Assembly (NCBI GenBank): GCA_021463465.1
Contig: JAJTYH010000003.1
Span: forward strand, 211,549 to 275,548
Length of the DNA: 64,000 nucleotides
Reading direction: 5' to 3'
Origin: a bacterium
GTDB lineage: Bacteria > Patescibacteriota > Dojkabacteria > SC72
Shown here: positions 49,137-58,412 of the stretch, piece after piece
How positions within the stretch are numbered: the stretch's first letter is position 1
Layout of the letters: each line of letters starts with the position of its first letter
The notes under the pieces: model-generated
The model's input: only the letters and a program-made list of their open reading frames with translations
What the model was told of the DNA's origin: nothing
The model's database searches: none
Translations under genes and position numbers: made by a program

Positions 49137-49162
49137 GGTCTGGCTTAACCAGACCACTTTTA
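49137..49162 (+). terminator. hairpin between HD gene and serS (terminator or leader structure)
   Basis: GGTCTGG-cttaa-CCAGACC followed by ACTTTTAC. Confidence 0.35.
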
Positions 49163-49207
49163 CGTATACCACAATTTCATATATACCTAATTTAATACAA
49201 AAGAGAG

Positions 49208-50476
49208 ATGATAGATATAAAATTGATTGTTGAAGATACACAGAGAGTAAAGCTGGCGCTTCTTAAACGCATGAAAGAAGAGGATATGCACCTATCTGAT
49301 ATTATTGAAGCATTCAATGTTAAGAAACAGCTTCAGGTAGACTTTGAAGATTTGAGAGCTAGGCAGAAAAGTTTCAACGAGTTGATGGCTAAGACAAATA
49401 AGAGTACTCCTGAATTCAAAAAGCAGCTGGAGCAACTCAAGGGTTTAGCAAATGAGGTAAAAGAGGTTGAGGAGAAGCTCAAAGAAGCGGATCTTAAACT
49501 CACCAGCTTGGTTGAAGTCTTGCCTAACATGCCTGACGAAGATGTTGTGGCTGGGGAGAAGGAGGCCAATAAGGTCGTAAAGACTTCAAGTAAGACTCCA
49601 GATTTTGATTTTGAGGTTCGAGATCATTTGGATGTAGCCAAAGGTGTTGGTATTTTAGACATGGACCGAGCGGCTAAGATTGCAGGCGCTAGCTTTTCAA
49701 TGTTTATTGGTAAAGGGGCACAGCTTGAATGGGCACTGCTTAACTATTTCATTGGCGAACATATAAAGGACAATTATACGATGGTTCTTCCTCCGCATTT
49801 GCTTACCGAAGCTTCTGGCTATACTGCTGGTCAACTTCCAAAATTCAAAGAGGATGTGTACTGGGTACAGGATGGTAACTTCTTGTTGCCAACAGCAGAG
49901 AGTGCTTTAGCGAATTTATATCGTGATGAGACTTTGCAGGAATCTGAACTTCCTAAGAAACTTTTTGCATATACTCCTTGTTATAGACGAGAAGCCGGAA
50001 GCTATAGAGCTAACGAACGAGGATTGATGCGAATGCACCAATTCAATAAGGTTGAGATGTTCCAGTACACTTTGCCTCAGTATTCAGAAGCAGCCTTGGA
50101 AGAATTGGTTGAAAAAGCTACTAGATTGGTTGAAGGCTTGGGTCTTCATTACAGAGTCACTCAACTAGCTGCAGGTGACTGTTCAGCAGGTGCCGCTAAA
50201 ACCTATGATGTGGAGGTATATCTTCCATTCTTAAAGACATACTATGAAGTGAGTTCGATTTCCAATGTAAGAGAGTATCAATCAAGACGAGGTAATATCA
50301 AATACAAACCAACCGACGGAGGAAAACCAGGATATGTTCATATGCTCAACGCTTCTGGTTTAGCCACCAGTAGGTTAATGGTTGCATTACTTGAAACATA
50401 TCAGAATAAGGATGGATCAATTACTGTTCCTGAAGTGCTTAGGCCATTTACCGGTTTTGATAAAATTGAAAAATGA
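49208..50476 (+). CDS. serS: seryl-tRNA synthetase
   Basis: N-terminal coiled coil plus class II core (e.g. RREAGSYRANERGLMRMHQFNKVE). Confidence 0.92.
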   Translation: MIDIKLIVEDTQRVKLALLKRMKEEDMHLSDIIEAFNVKKQLQVDFEDLRARQKSFNELMAKTNKSTPEFKKQLEQLKGLANEVKEVEEKLKEADLKLTSLVEVLPNMPDEDVVAGEKEANKVVKTSSKTPDFDFEVRDHLDVAKGVGILDMDRAAKIAGASFSMFIGKGAQLEWALLNYFIGEHIKDNYTMVLPPHLLTEASGYTAGQLPKFKEDVYWVQDGNFLLPTAESALANLYRDETLQESELPKKLFAYTPCYRREAGSYRANERGLMRMHQFNKVEMFQYTLPQYSEAALEELVEKATRLVEGLGLHYRVTQLAAGDCSAGAAKTYDVEVYLPFLKTYYEVSSISNVREYQSRRGNIKYKPTDGGKPGYVHMLNASGLATSRLMVALLETYQNKDGSITVPEVLRPFTGFDKIEK

Positions 50477-51036
50477 CCAAGAACTACTTTTTAGGTTTTT
50501 TCCCTGATCAACAGAGCAACTTTGCAATTCGTAAGGTTGTTGCTGCTGTGGGGAAAGTCTTTGATGGGCAGGAGATCAAAGTCAGGTGGAGTATCCCTGA
50601 GCACTTTCATGTATCTGTCATGTTTTTGGGGAATAACCTTAATCCTTTACAAAAAGTTCTGTTTAATCTTAAATTTCGTAAGCTCATCCTCCCGAAATTT
50701 GAGATAGGGTTTGATAGATGTGAACTTGGGATTTCCCGGGGCTACAAAGAACTAATATATCTGACAGTGAAAGTAGGAGGGGAGCAACTAAGGGACTTGG
50801 TGTACACCTTGCGTGAGAAGCTTAAGATTGAAGATCAAGGAAATTATATCCCACATCTGACTTTAGGAAGAGTTAGCAAAGATTTATCCAGTGAAGAATT
50901 CAAAAATCTTAGTACAGATTTGAGGAATGTGAACGGTACACTTAACATCTCGGATATTCGATTTACCCCTAATAACCTACTCTTTGTTGAAAGCAATTTG
51001 AATACTTATAAAGTTCTTAAGAAGTTTGATATGTGA
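50473..51036 (+). CDS. 2H phosphoesterase (LigT/ThpR-like RNA 2',3'-cyclic phosphodiesterase)
   Basis: Two H-x-[ST]-x motifs: HFHVSVMF and PHLTLGRV. Confidence 0.6.
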   Translation: MTKNYFLGFFPDQQSNFAIRKVVAAVGKVFDGQEIKVRWSIPEHFHVSVMFLGNNLNPLQKVLFNLKFRKLILPKFEIGFDRCELGISRGYKELIYLTVKVGGEQLRDLVYTLREKLKIEDQGNYIPHLTLGRVSKDLSSEEFKNLSTDLRNVNGTLNISDIRFTPNNLLFVESNLNTYKVLKKFDM

Positions 51037-51872
51037 ATCTTAGCTTCAGAGTAGTTTTTGATATATTTGATGTCTGGATTCCGTTTGAACCAGGTGCGTT
51101 GCCTCTTAGCATACTGTCTGGTGTGAATTAGGATTAACTCTTTTACATCTTCTAAAGTCATTTCATCTTTAAAATACTTTTCGAATTCTTGGTATCCAAT
51201 TGTTTGGAGGCTTGGCAAATCGTAGGATTTGTATTTGGTATAAAGAGCTTGATTCTCTTTTAATAGGCCTTGGGAAAACATTTCATCTATCCTTTTACTT
51301 AGCCTCGTTTCCAACTCTTCTTTTGGCACATCAATTACCAGGTATAGTGATTGGTTTTCAGATTTCTGGACCTTATGTCCTTTACGATTAATGAGTGACA
51401 CTAACCTTCTGGGGTTATTCTTATCACTTTCGTTTAGTATGTTTATCCGCTCTCCCGCCATTTCCTGCAACTCATTTAATGGTAAATCCCTCAGCGACCC
51501 ATTATCATGAATAGGTAAACTGTAATTATAAAGAATACTTTCAATGTAGAGTCCAGTACCCCCGACTAGGAAAATGACCGTATCTTTATTTTTGTGAACA
51601 ATTTTTGCCACATCAGTTTGGTACTTATATATATTGTAATAAGTCTTTGGGCTAATGAAATCAATAAGGTAGTGAGGTATGTCGTCTATATACCAAGTGC
51701 CATCTCGTTTGATTTTGTCCGGTTTGGGTTTAGCAGTTCCAATATTTAGTTCTTTATAGATTTGACGTGAGTCTGCGCTAATGACTATCCCTTTAAATTC
51801 TTTGGCTAACTTAATAGCCAAATTGCTTTTCCCCGATGCGGTAGGGCCTGAGATTGCAATCAAACTATTCAT
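51006..51872 (-). CDS. miaA: tRNA dimethylallyltransferase
   Basis: ISGPTASGKSNLAI P-loop; ADSRQIYKELNIGTAKP. Confidence 0.88.
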   Translation of the reverse strand: MNSLIAISGPTASGKSNLAIKLAKEFKGIVISADSRQIYKELNIGTAKPKPDKIKRDGTWYIDDIPHYLIDFISPKTYYNIYKYQTDVAKIVHKNKDTVIFLVGGTGLYIESILYNYSLPIHDNGSLRDLPLNELQEMAGERINILNESDKNNPRRLVSLINRKGHKVQKSENQSLYLVIDVPKEELETRLSKRIDEMFSQGLLKENQALYTKYKSYDLPSLQTIGYQEFEKYFKDEMTLEDVKELILIHTRQYAKRQRTWFKRNPDIKYIKNYSEAKIHISNFLRTL

Positions 51873-52329
51873 ATGTAGGCGTTCTTGAAGCCATCCAGAG
51901 AATTACTCCTGTAGAGAGTAGATAGGTAATTGCAAAGGTAAGGATGGGGTATATGGGAGCTGTACCTAATAAATAAATTGGGCCTAAAAGGATTAGTACT
52001 GAAATGGGGAAGAGAAAAGTCATACGGTTGTTGTAAGTAAGAGTAGCTAATACTGACATCATAAGAAAGGGAAGCAATAGGATAAGTGCAAAAAAGTAAT
52101 TGTCATGGCTTCCTTGGTCCCAAAGTCCTTGCATTAAGAGTTGCAAAGGTATGAATATAATCGGTGCACTTAGGATTACTAATGAAACCGAAAATCCTCG
52201 ACCTTCAAACTTAGTTGGTTCAAAAAAAGATAGAGCAAAAAATATTGCAGGTAAAGACATATAAAGAAGCAGAATTGTGAGGTATTCTACTTGGCTATAT
52301 TGGTAGAGCAATTCGAGTATCATGTTCAT
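51865..52329 (-). CDS. small polytopic membrane protein
   Basis: 4-5 TM helices; overlaps neighbours (operon). Confidence 0.4.
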   Translation of the reverse strand: MNMILELLYQYSQVEYLTILLLYMSLPAIFFALSFFEPTKFEGRGFSVSLVILSAPIIFIPLQLLMQGLWDQGSHDNYFFALILLLPFLMMSVLATLTYNNRMTFLFPISVLILLGPIYLLGTAPIYPILTFAITYLLSTGVILWMASRTPTYE

Positions 52330-53591
52330 TTTCTTAAAGTGGTTCTAAGTAATTGGAAATACTTCTCAACTGTCCACATCAAAAGAGGTAGGGTCAAAGT
52401 TGTAATCAAAAGATTGCCTGCCCACATTCCAGAAACGCCTTTAAGTGGATAATAGAGAATCAGGCTCACTAATAGTAAAGGTGACAAGGTTTGAAATCGG
52501 TTCTCATTTGTTAGTAAGAGAATCGAGAGAATTGTAGCAAATGTCAGTGTTAAGATTAGAGAAGTTGAGAGAATTGATACAGCTGCAAGTTTAAGTATCA
52601 CTAAGTAGATGCAGAAGTAGATTAGAACTGTCATGAAATGTGTGAGTAAATTGTATCGGAATGCATAGAAGGTAATCAAACTTGCAAGTAATACTGAAAG
52701 GATGACGGCAGCAAAGACTTGGAAGTAATTGATCGTTTTGGCTTCAATTGGTAAATCAACTGGTCCTTGATAGGAGTATTCCATTGGAATGGAACCTGAA
52801 TTGAACATAATTTCTTGAATAAACGCAGCATTAGTATCACTCGATAGTCCAACCGTCATAATAGGGCGAGGGGTGTTGCTACTTACACTCGCATCATAAA
52901 CTGGGATTGAAATAGGCGTGACAAAACCATCTACATTTACTCCACCGTCAGCCCCAGAATTCTCTTTTAAGAATTTATTGAACTTTCCATTATTCCAAAT
53001 CCATGGCTTAAAGATACCAAAGTAAGCTTCATCTCCTGCCGTTGTTTTAAGTTTAGTGATGTAAACGGTTCTAAAATCTTTGCGTGTTAATCCTGATTCG
53101 TTGTAGCTATCTGGAAGATATCGGGCAAGCTGTTGTTGCTGATCTCCGCTATCATCGAAAGTAACTTCAGGCTTTTTGACCATAATGGTTAGATTCCCTC
53201 GTTGGCGTAACAAGCCTTCAACATCCGTCGGATTTTTAGTTGATTTAACAGTTACAGTAATTATTCCTTTGGTTTCGCCTTGGTCTGTGTATTCAACAAA
53301 TACATGCTCAACACCCAGGCTACTCATTCTGTTATATAAAGTATTTTTGGCTTCATTGATCAAACTCCACTTATCTCCTACCTGAGTTGCTTCAAATGTA
53401 ACTTGTGCCGTGTAAGACTTCTGCCATACCTGCTGATCTGCGAGTTTAAGATCAAGACCTGAAGTCTGAAGCCATCTTTCAGTTTGAGGTAGTGCTGCTA
53501 CAAAAATTGAAAAGAAAAAGGCGGTGGTTAAAACGAGAAAGAGATATTTGAAGATTGTCTTGAAGTTTATCTTGATGGGTGGGAGTTTCAT
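52326..53591 (-). CDS. membrane protein with N-terminal TM, large extracytoplasmic domain and C-terminal TM bundle
   Basis: Hydropathy pattern; function unknown. Confidence 0.45.
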   Translation of the reverse strand: MKLPPIKINFKTIFKYLFLVLTTAFFFSIFVAALPQTERWLQTSGLDLKLADQQVWQKSYTAQVTFEATQVGDKWSLINEAKNTLYNRMSSLGVEHVFVEYTDQGETKGIITVTVKSTKNPTDVEGLLRQRGNLTIMVKKPEVTFDDSGDQQQQLARYLPDSYNESGLTRKDFRTVYITKLKTTAGDEAYFGIFKPWIWNNGKFNKFLKENSGADGGVNVDGFVTPISIPVYDASVSSNTPRPIMTVGLSSDTNAAFIQEIMFNSGSIPMEYSYQGPVDLPIEAKTINYFQVFAAVILSVLLASLITFYAFRYNLLTHFMTVLIYFCIYLVILKLAAVSILSTSLILTLTFATILSILLLTNENRFQTLSPLLLVSLILYYPLKGVSGMWAGNLLITTLTLPLLMWTVEKYFQLLRTTLRK

Positions 53592-53592
53592 A

Positions 53593-54168
53593 CTAGAGAA
53601 TTAACTGCCGAAGGCTCCCAACGATAGTAACAAAGTCGGAATTAATGCTGTTTAAAATTAAAGGTACACGCTTCTTTTTGCCAAAATCAAAATCGAGAGC
53701 GGTTATTGCTGCGTATTTAAGTTCTTTTTGCAGATACATTTCCACCTCTTTCATTCCCGCAGCTAGTTTTCTTACATCGATATCTCCAACAAAAAGAAAA
53801 TCAACATCATCTGGAGTATTATGCTGTCCTGAAAGGAATGAAAAAGTAGCAATGACAGTAGTTACTTTTCCGGATTCTTTAGCCACTCTGCTTACCTTCT
53901 TACCTAACTCTGATGATTTTATAACTAATGTTCTTAAATCCTCTAGCATTTGATTATTGGGATTCAAGGTGAAAAGAATTTTATTGTTTTGCTTTTGAGA
54001 TTTCAACAATCCAGCATCTTCAAGATTGAGTAACTCACGACGTATTGCATTAATCTCCTCATCTAAAATCCGCACTAAACCCCTGACATGATACTGTTGG
54101 GTCGGGTTGAAAAAGAATTGTTCTAAAACCTTTATTCTTACCTTCGAAATCAAAATGTTCTTAAGCAT
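53593..54168 (-). CDS. winged-helix transcriptional regulator-like protein
   Basis: N-terminal wHTH-like segment (VRGLVRILDEEINAIRRELLNLEDAGLL). Confidence 0.45.
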   Translation of the reverse strand: MLKNILISKVRIKVLEQFFFNPTQQYHVRGLVRILDEEINAIRRELLNLEDAGLLKSQKQNNKILFTLNPNNQMLEDLRTLVIKSSELGKKVSRVAKESGKVTTVIATFSFLSGQHNTPDDVDFLFVGDIDVRKLAAGMKEVEMYLQKELKYAAITALDFDFGKKKRVPLILNSINSDFVTIVGSLRQLIL

Positions 54169-54184
54169 AGCCTGTATTTAATAA

Positions 54185-55432
54185 CTATTGCTCAATTATA
54201 TCAAATTTTCCTTTCTCTTTTGAAATGACGCTAATCCATACTCTTCCTCTGTTAAATTCGATCTCTTCGCCGGAGCTGTTGTAGTACCGAGTTCGATCAC
54301 TGCGGGAACTTTTCTTCCACTTTGCATTTATAATCTTACCGTCCATAAGTATCTTGGCATTTCCTTGGCCGATTGTAGTGGTGATAACTCGTCCTTTACC
54401 GTCAAATGCATCGGTTACTGTGGTCTCCTCTACGATTACAGTTTTAGCTGTTATCGATTTTTTACTTTCCAAATCTATGTCGGTCTGTCCTCCGATTTTG
54501 TGGGTGTACATATTGGTATTCCGATTGTATATCCATTCCGAATCGTAATCTCCACCATTAGTCATATCTTGGCGGAAGGTAACTTTAACTTTAGTTTTGG
54601 TACCTCTTTCATCAAACTTGGCATCACGTTTAAATTTCCAACTCTCAGTTTTTTCAGGGAATTCATCCCAGTTGTTTTCTTTTCCATATTCCCAGGCATT
54701 AAGAATGGAGGAATATTCATTGTGAGGTGCAAGTCGGTCATTAGTCCTCCAAGCTCCTCTTGTTGCTACGCTTTTTATAGAATAGCTGTAGATGTTGCCA
54801 CAAGCGTTGGTCCGAGGGTCACTTGTACTCGCGCAACCGTCATAGATATACAGTGCGTCAAATGGACTGAGCCATTCTAAGAAATACTGTCGGGAGCTTC
54901 GAATTGGACCCACCTTGTTAGGCCCTTCACTCCAGAAAATAGACATGTATCTGGTAATCCCGGACTCTGTAACAGCTTCGTATACAATATCTGCATCATT
55001 AAGACCTGATTGAGGGCGTCCAGCTATATGATTATTGGTCATTACAGCAACAGGGCGTCGTTTGAGCATCTTAGACATTGCCTCTTTAGTAAAGAGTACC
55101 CCATTTAAGGGACTCTCTTCGGTTCGGGGTACCCCGGGAACTGTGGCTGTTGGGTAAACTGGAGCAAGTGATACCAAGGAGGGTTCAACAAAGTTGCCTA
55201 TTTTGCCAATGATTTGTGAAGGTAGCGGTGGAACCTTGATTACATAAAAATATAGGTAGAAAAGTGCACCAGCACTTATGGCGGCTGAGCCAATGGTTAA
55301 AAAGAGAAGTCCTTTGTTATTGGTTAACCAGGTTTTGAATTTGGAGGTGGACTTAGGTTTAGAAGATGGTGTAGGAGAAGTCTCTGTTTTAGGCTCTTCT
55401 ACAATCTTGTCGGACATGTTTTGTATTTTCAC
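54185..55432 (-). CDS. DUF3048 (YerB-like) membrane-anchored protein
   Basis: RRPVAVMTNNHIAGRPQSGLNDADIVYEAVTESGITRYMSIF matches the DUF3048 core as I recall it; N-terminal TM. Confidence 0.6.
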   Translation of the reverse strand: MKIQNMSDKIVEEPKTETSPTPSSKPKSTSKFKTWLTNNKGLLFLTIGSAAISAGALFYLYFYVIKVPPLPSQIIGKIGNFVEPSLVSLAPVYPTATVPGVPRTEESPLNGVLFTKEAMSKMLKRRPVAVMTNNHIAGRPQSGLNDADIVYEAVTESGITRYMSIFWSEGPNKVGPIRSSRQYFLEWLSPFDALYIYDGCASTSDPRTNACGNIYSYSIKSVATRGAWRTNDRLAPHNEYSSILNAWEYGKENNWDEFPEKTESWKFKRDAKFDERGTKTKVKVTFRQDMTNGGDYDSEWIYNRNTNMYTHKIGGQTDIDLESKKSITAKTVIVEETTVTDAFDGKGRVITTTIGQGNAKILMDGKIINAKWKKSSRSDRTRYYNSSGEEIEFNRGRVWISVISKEKGKFDIIEQ

Positions 55433-55504
55433 ACAACCATAATATCACTACAAAATATTAAATGGTATACTGATTACAGGCATTAAATTTTCACTTAAAA
55501 GATA

Positions 55505-56569
55505 ATGGATGCTAAAGAATCTAAACTCCCCTACGTACTTGCTTTTTTGATGGTTGGAGCGGTCGCTTTTGGGATCTACTGGATGTTTTTCAAGCCAGCA
55601 CCCCAAGAAGAAAAGAAAGATGACGGTGGTGGTGTAGCTATACTAGATGAAAGTCAGACTGATACACCTTTAACTCCTGAAACCCCGGCAGTTGTGGAGA
55701 AGCCAGACACCGTAGAGGAAGAGACTCCGGTTGAACCTACTGATACTGACTTTTCCACTTTCAGTAACTCCTCACAGAGCGTAGGTAATAGTGGGAATAG
55801 CTCACAATATACTTTGAAATCGGTTGAAGATAGTAAAGAGGATGGCTTCCATTCATTTGTCTTCAATGTACAAGCAAAGACATCCGAAACAATGGAATCC
55901 CCTTATGTAGTAGTAAAATATATGACTTCACAAGGGTCGATTCGTGTTGATTTGAATGGTGTTACTAAGGACGAAAGCGGAATCGGATATCAGAAAAGCC
56001 GCAATATTGATGAACAAGGAGTAATCCGTTTGTACCACAATATCAGTAGTGATCCAAAGGAAGAGCTCTATGACATTGGTGTAGCTAAGCAGACCCTTTT
56101 CAAGATTGTTTCGGTGGAAGACGCAGAAAATACTTGGAAAATTACTTTGAGCGTAAAGTATCCAGGTGGAAATACAACCAGCGAGACTTTTGGCAGTGAT
56201 GCTTTCTCGAAGGATGTGCAAGCCATTGATGGTGGTTTGAAGGTTGATAACAGCAAGGTAGTTTCGTATTCATATTCTACCGCGGGAGGTGTATTGTCAT
56301 TGGTATTTAATGTGTCTGGTTCAACATCAAGACCAGTACCTAGTGCAACAGCTGAGTACAACAGCGAAGGCAAGCTTGTTTTATCATTTACAAGCTTGGT
56401 ATCCGACAATATCCACAACTCATTGGATGGAGATGATTTGGGTGGATTTGGTATCACTACTGAAAAGGTAGGGGATAAGTATGTCTATACTTTCAATGGT
56501 CCAACTAAGGAATTTAAACTTTATGGCTCAAAGAGTCCTAACCAGGTAATTCTTGAAATCAAGTTGTAA
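55505..56569 (+). CDS. membrane-anchored secreted protein, unknown function
   Basis: N-terminal TM, Pro/Glu/Thr-rich linker, beta-rich body. Confidence 0.45.
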   Translation: MDAKESKLPYVLAFLMVGAVAFGIYWMFFKPAPQEEKKDDGGGVAILDESQTDTPLTPETPAVVEKPDTVEEETPVEPTDTDFSTFSNSSQSVGNSGNSSQYTLKSVEDSKEDGFHSFVFNVQAKTSETMESPYVVVKYMTSQGSIRVDLNGVTKDESGIGYQKSRNIDEQGVIRLYHNISSDPKEELYDIGVAKQTLFKIVSVEDAENTWKITLSVKYPGGNTTSETFGSDAFSKDVQAIDGGLKVDNSKVVSYSYSTAGGVLSLVFNVSGSTSRPVPSATAEYNSEGKLVLSFTSLVSDNIHNSLDGDDLGGFGITTEKVGDKYVYTFNGPTKEFKLYGSKSPNQVILEIKL

Positions 56570-57822
56570 TGAGTGGATTAAAAAAACAAGACTTTTGGAA
56601 ACAGATTGGTATCAGTGTAGTGACAATAGGTTTAGGTATAGGTAGCGGCGAGTTCATTCTTTGGCCATACCTAAGTTATCATTGGGGATTTTCAATTCTT
56701 TGGGGAGCATTGCTCGGAATTGCAATGCAGGTTTTCCTTAATATTGAGATTCAAAGATACGCTGTAGTTACAGGAAACTCCTTGCTCAAAGGTGCATATG
56801 GGTTATCAAATAAACTGGGTACCTGGTTTCTTATTTCAACAATATTAGGTTTTGGTTGGCCAGGATTTGTCGCTAGCGCAGGTTTCCTTATGTCTTCTGC
56901 CTTGGCTTTGCCTGAAAGTTTGGGTGGATATGTTTCCCTTGGCCTCCTATTACTAGCAGGGTTAATTTTAGTTGTAGGTAGGGGAATTTATCAACGAATC
57001 GAAAAACTGCTCAAAGTAATCGTGCCAGTTTCATTTATTGTCATTTTTTTGATTTTCATCAGATTTTTTGATTGGACTTTGGTTAAGGAGCTACTTGCTG
57101 GGTTTGTGGGTGTGGGAGTAGGAGGTGTAGATTCTACGGGTTTTAGTCTTTCAATGTTCCTTGGAGCTATTGTGTATTCAGGAAGTGGAGGAAACCTGCT
57201 TCTTTCACAAGCTTTTTATGCTTTAGAGAAAAGAAAGTTCAGCAATGACTTCCAAGAGCACAGGAGGTTTCAAATTTTTGAAAATGTGTTTGTATTCGGA
57301 GGTATTGGACTTCTCACTATTTTAATGCTCTCATATTTGAGTAGAGTATTAACCTTACCTCTGAGCTCCGTATCCAATGACCTTACCTTTTTGGTAGTTG
57401 AAGGATATTTCATTGGTAATGCAATGGGGAAGGTTTTCGAATATCTGTTCCTCTTTACTGGAGTATTTGCCCTCTTTGCTGTACAGCTTGGAGTTTTAGA
57501 TTTATTTGGAAGAGTATGTAGAGAGCTGTTCCACCTCAAGTTTGGTAAAGATAGTTTTCAGATTTATGTAATAGCAGTTTTGATGCAGGTAATGGTGAGT
57601 TCCGTGATTTTGCTAGCGCAAGCTTCTCAGCCTTTATGGCTTTTAGTAATTGGTTCGGTATTTAATGCTTTAGCTATGGGGGTGATTGCTATCGTTACTC
57701 TTGTCTTGAATATGAAGCTTAGAGAAGCTAATAGGCCTTCGAAATTTGTAGTAGTAACCCAGTTTGCCATAGCTCTGTTCTATATCATTTTCTTTGTAAT
57801 TACAGTCAAGGGTGGTATATAA
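56569..57822 (+). CDS. polytopic membrane protein (about 11 TM), unknown function
   Basis: Hydropathy; overlaps the stop of the previous gene. Confidence 0.45.
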   Translation: MSGLKKQDFWKQIGISVVTIGLGIGSGEFILWPYLSYHWGFSILWGALLGIAMQVFLNIEIQRYAVVTGNSLLKGAYGLSNKLGTWFLISTILGFGWPGFVASAGFLMSSALALPESLGGYVSLGLLLLAGLILVVGRGIYQRIEKLLKVIVPVSFIVIFLIFIRFFDWTLVKELLAGFVGVGVGGVDSTGFSLSMFLGAIVYSGSGGNLLLSQAFYALEKRKFSNDFQEHRRFQIFENVFVFGGIGLLTILMLSYLSRVLTLPLSSVSNDLTFLVVEGYFIGNAMGKVFEYLFLFTGVFALFAVQLGVLDLFGRVCRELFHLKFGKDSFQIYVIAVLMQVMVSSVILLAQASQPLWLLVIGSVFNALAMGVIAIVTLVLNMKLREANRPSKFVVVTQFAIALFYIIFFVITVKGGI

Positions 57823-57832
57823 TCCAAAACAT

Positions 57833-57906
57833 CGGGGTGTAGTTCAGATGGCTAGAATGCTTGCATGGGGTGCAAGAGGTCGCACGTTCAAGTCGTGTCA
57901 CCCCGA
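57833..57906 (+). tRNA. tRNA-Pro (anticodon GGG)
   Basis: Acceptor CGGGGTG/CACCCCG, anticodon stem CTTGC/GCAAG with loop ATGGGGT (G37), T-arm GCACG-TTCAAGT-CGTGT. Confidence 0.8.
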
Positions 57907-57926
57907 AAATATTCAATAAAATTCTT

Positions 57927-58412
57927 ATGATTCAAGCAACACTCCTTTTCCTTATAAAAAGAGAAAACGGAGATATTTCTCAAATTTGCCTTGCAATGAA
58001 AAAACGAGGTTTTGGTGTGGGTAAATATAACGGAGTGGGAGGTAAATTTGATAGTGAACTGGATAGTAATATTTTGGATACGGTCAAACGAGAAGCTAAA
58101 GAAGAAATAGGAATTGACATGGATAAATCCTGGCAAGTTGCTGACATGGATTTCTATTTCCCTCACAAGACTAAAATCAACATGAAAGTCAGAGCGTTCT
58201 TGACGGATAGATAGGAAGGCGAACCTATTGAAACTGAAGAGATGAAACCAGAGTGGTTTGACATAAAGAACATACCATATGAAAAAATGTGGGATGGGGA
58301 TGAATATTGGATATCAAGGGTAGTAAAAGGAGAGAAAGTTAGAGGTAAATTCACCTTCAACGACAAAGAAAAAGTGATAAAGAAATTGCTAACTAGAGTG
58401 AAGGTATTTTAG
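57927..58412 (+). pseudogene. MTH1/NUDT1-like NUDIX hydrolase interrupted by in-frame TAG (58212-58214)
   Basis: LAMKKRGFGVGKYNGVGGKF...TVKREAKEEIGI (Nudix box) then ...FLTDR*EGEPIETEEMKPEWFDIKNIPYEKMWDGDEYW continues in the same frame and aligns collinearly with human MTH1 on both sides of the stop. Confidence 0.6.

Noticed and set aside
49061-49207. T-box leader upstream of serS
   Set aside because: No GGTGGTACC-like T-box sequence or competing antiterminator. Only a simple hairpin (49137-49155).
58212-58214. In-frame TAG as evidence of stop-codon reassignment
   Set aside because: TAG clearly terminates several well-conserved genes in this window (TPR gene, rplV, trmD, HD-domain gene), so a global recoding is not supported.
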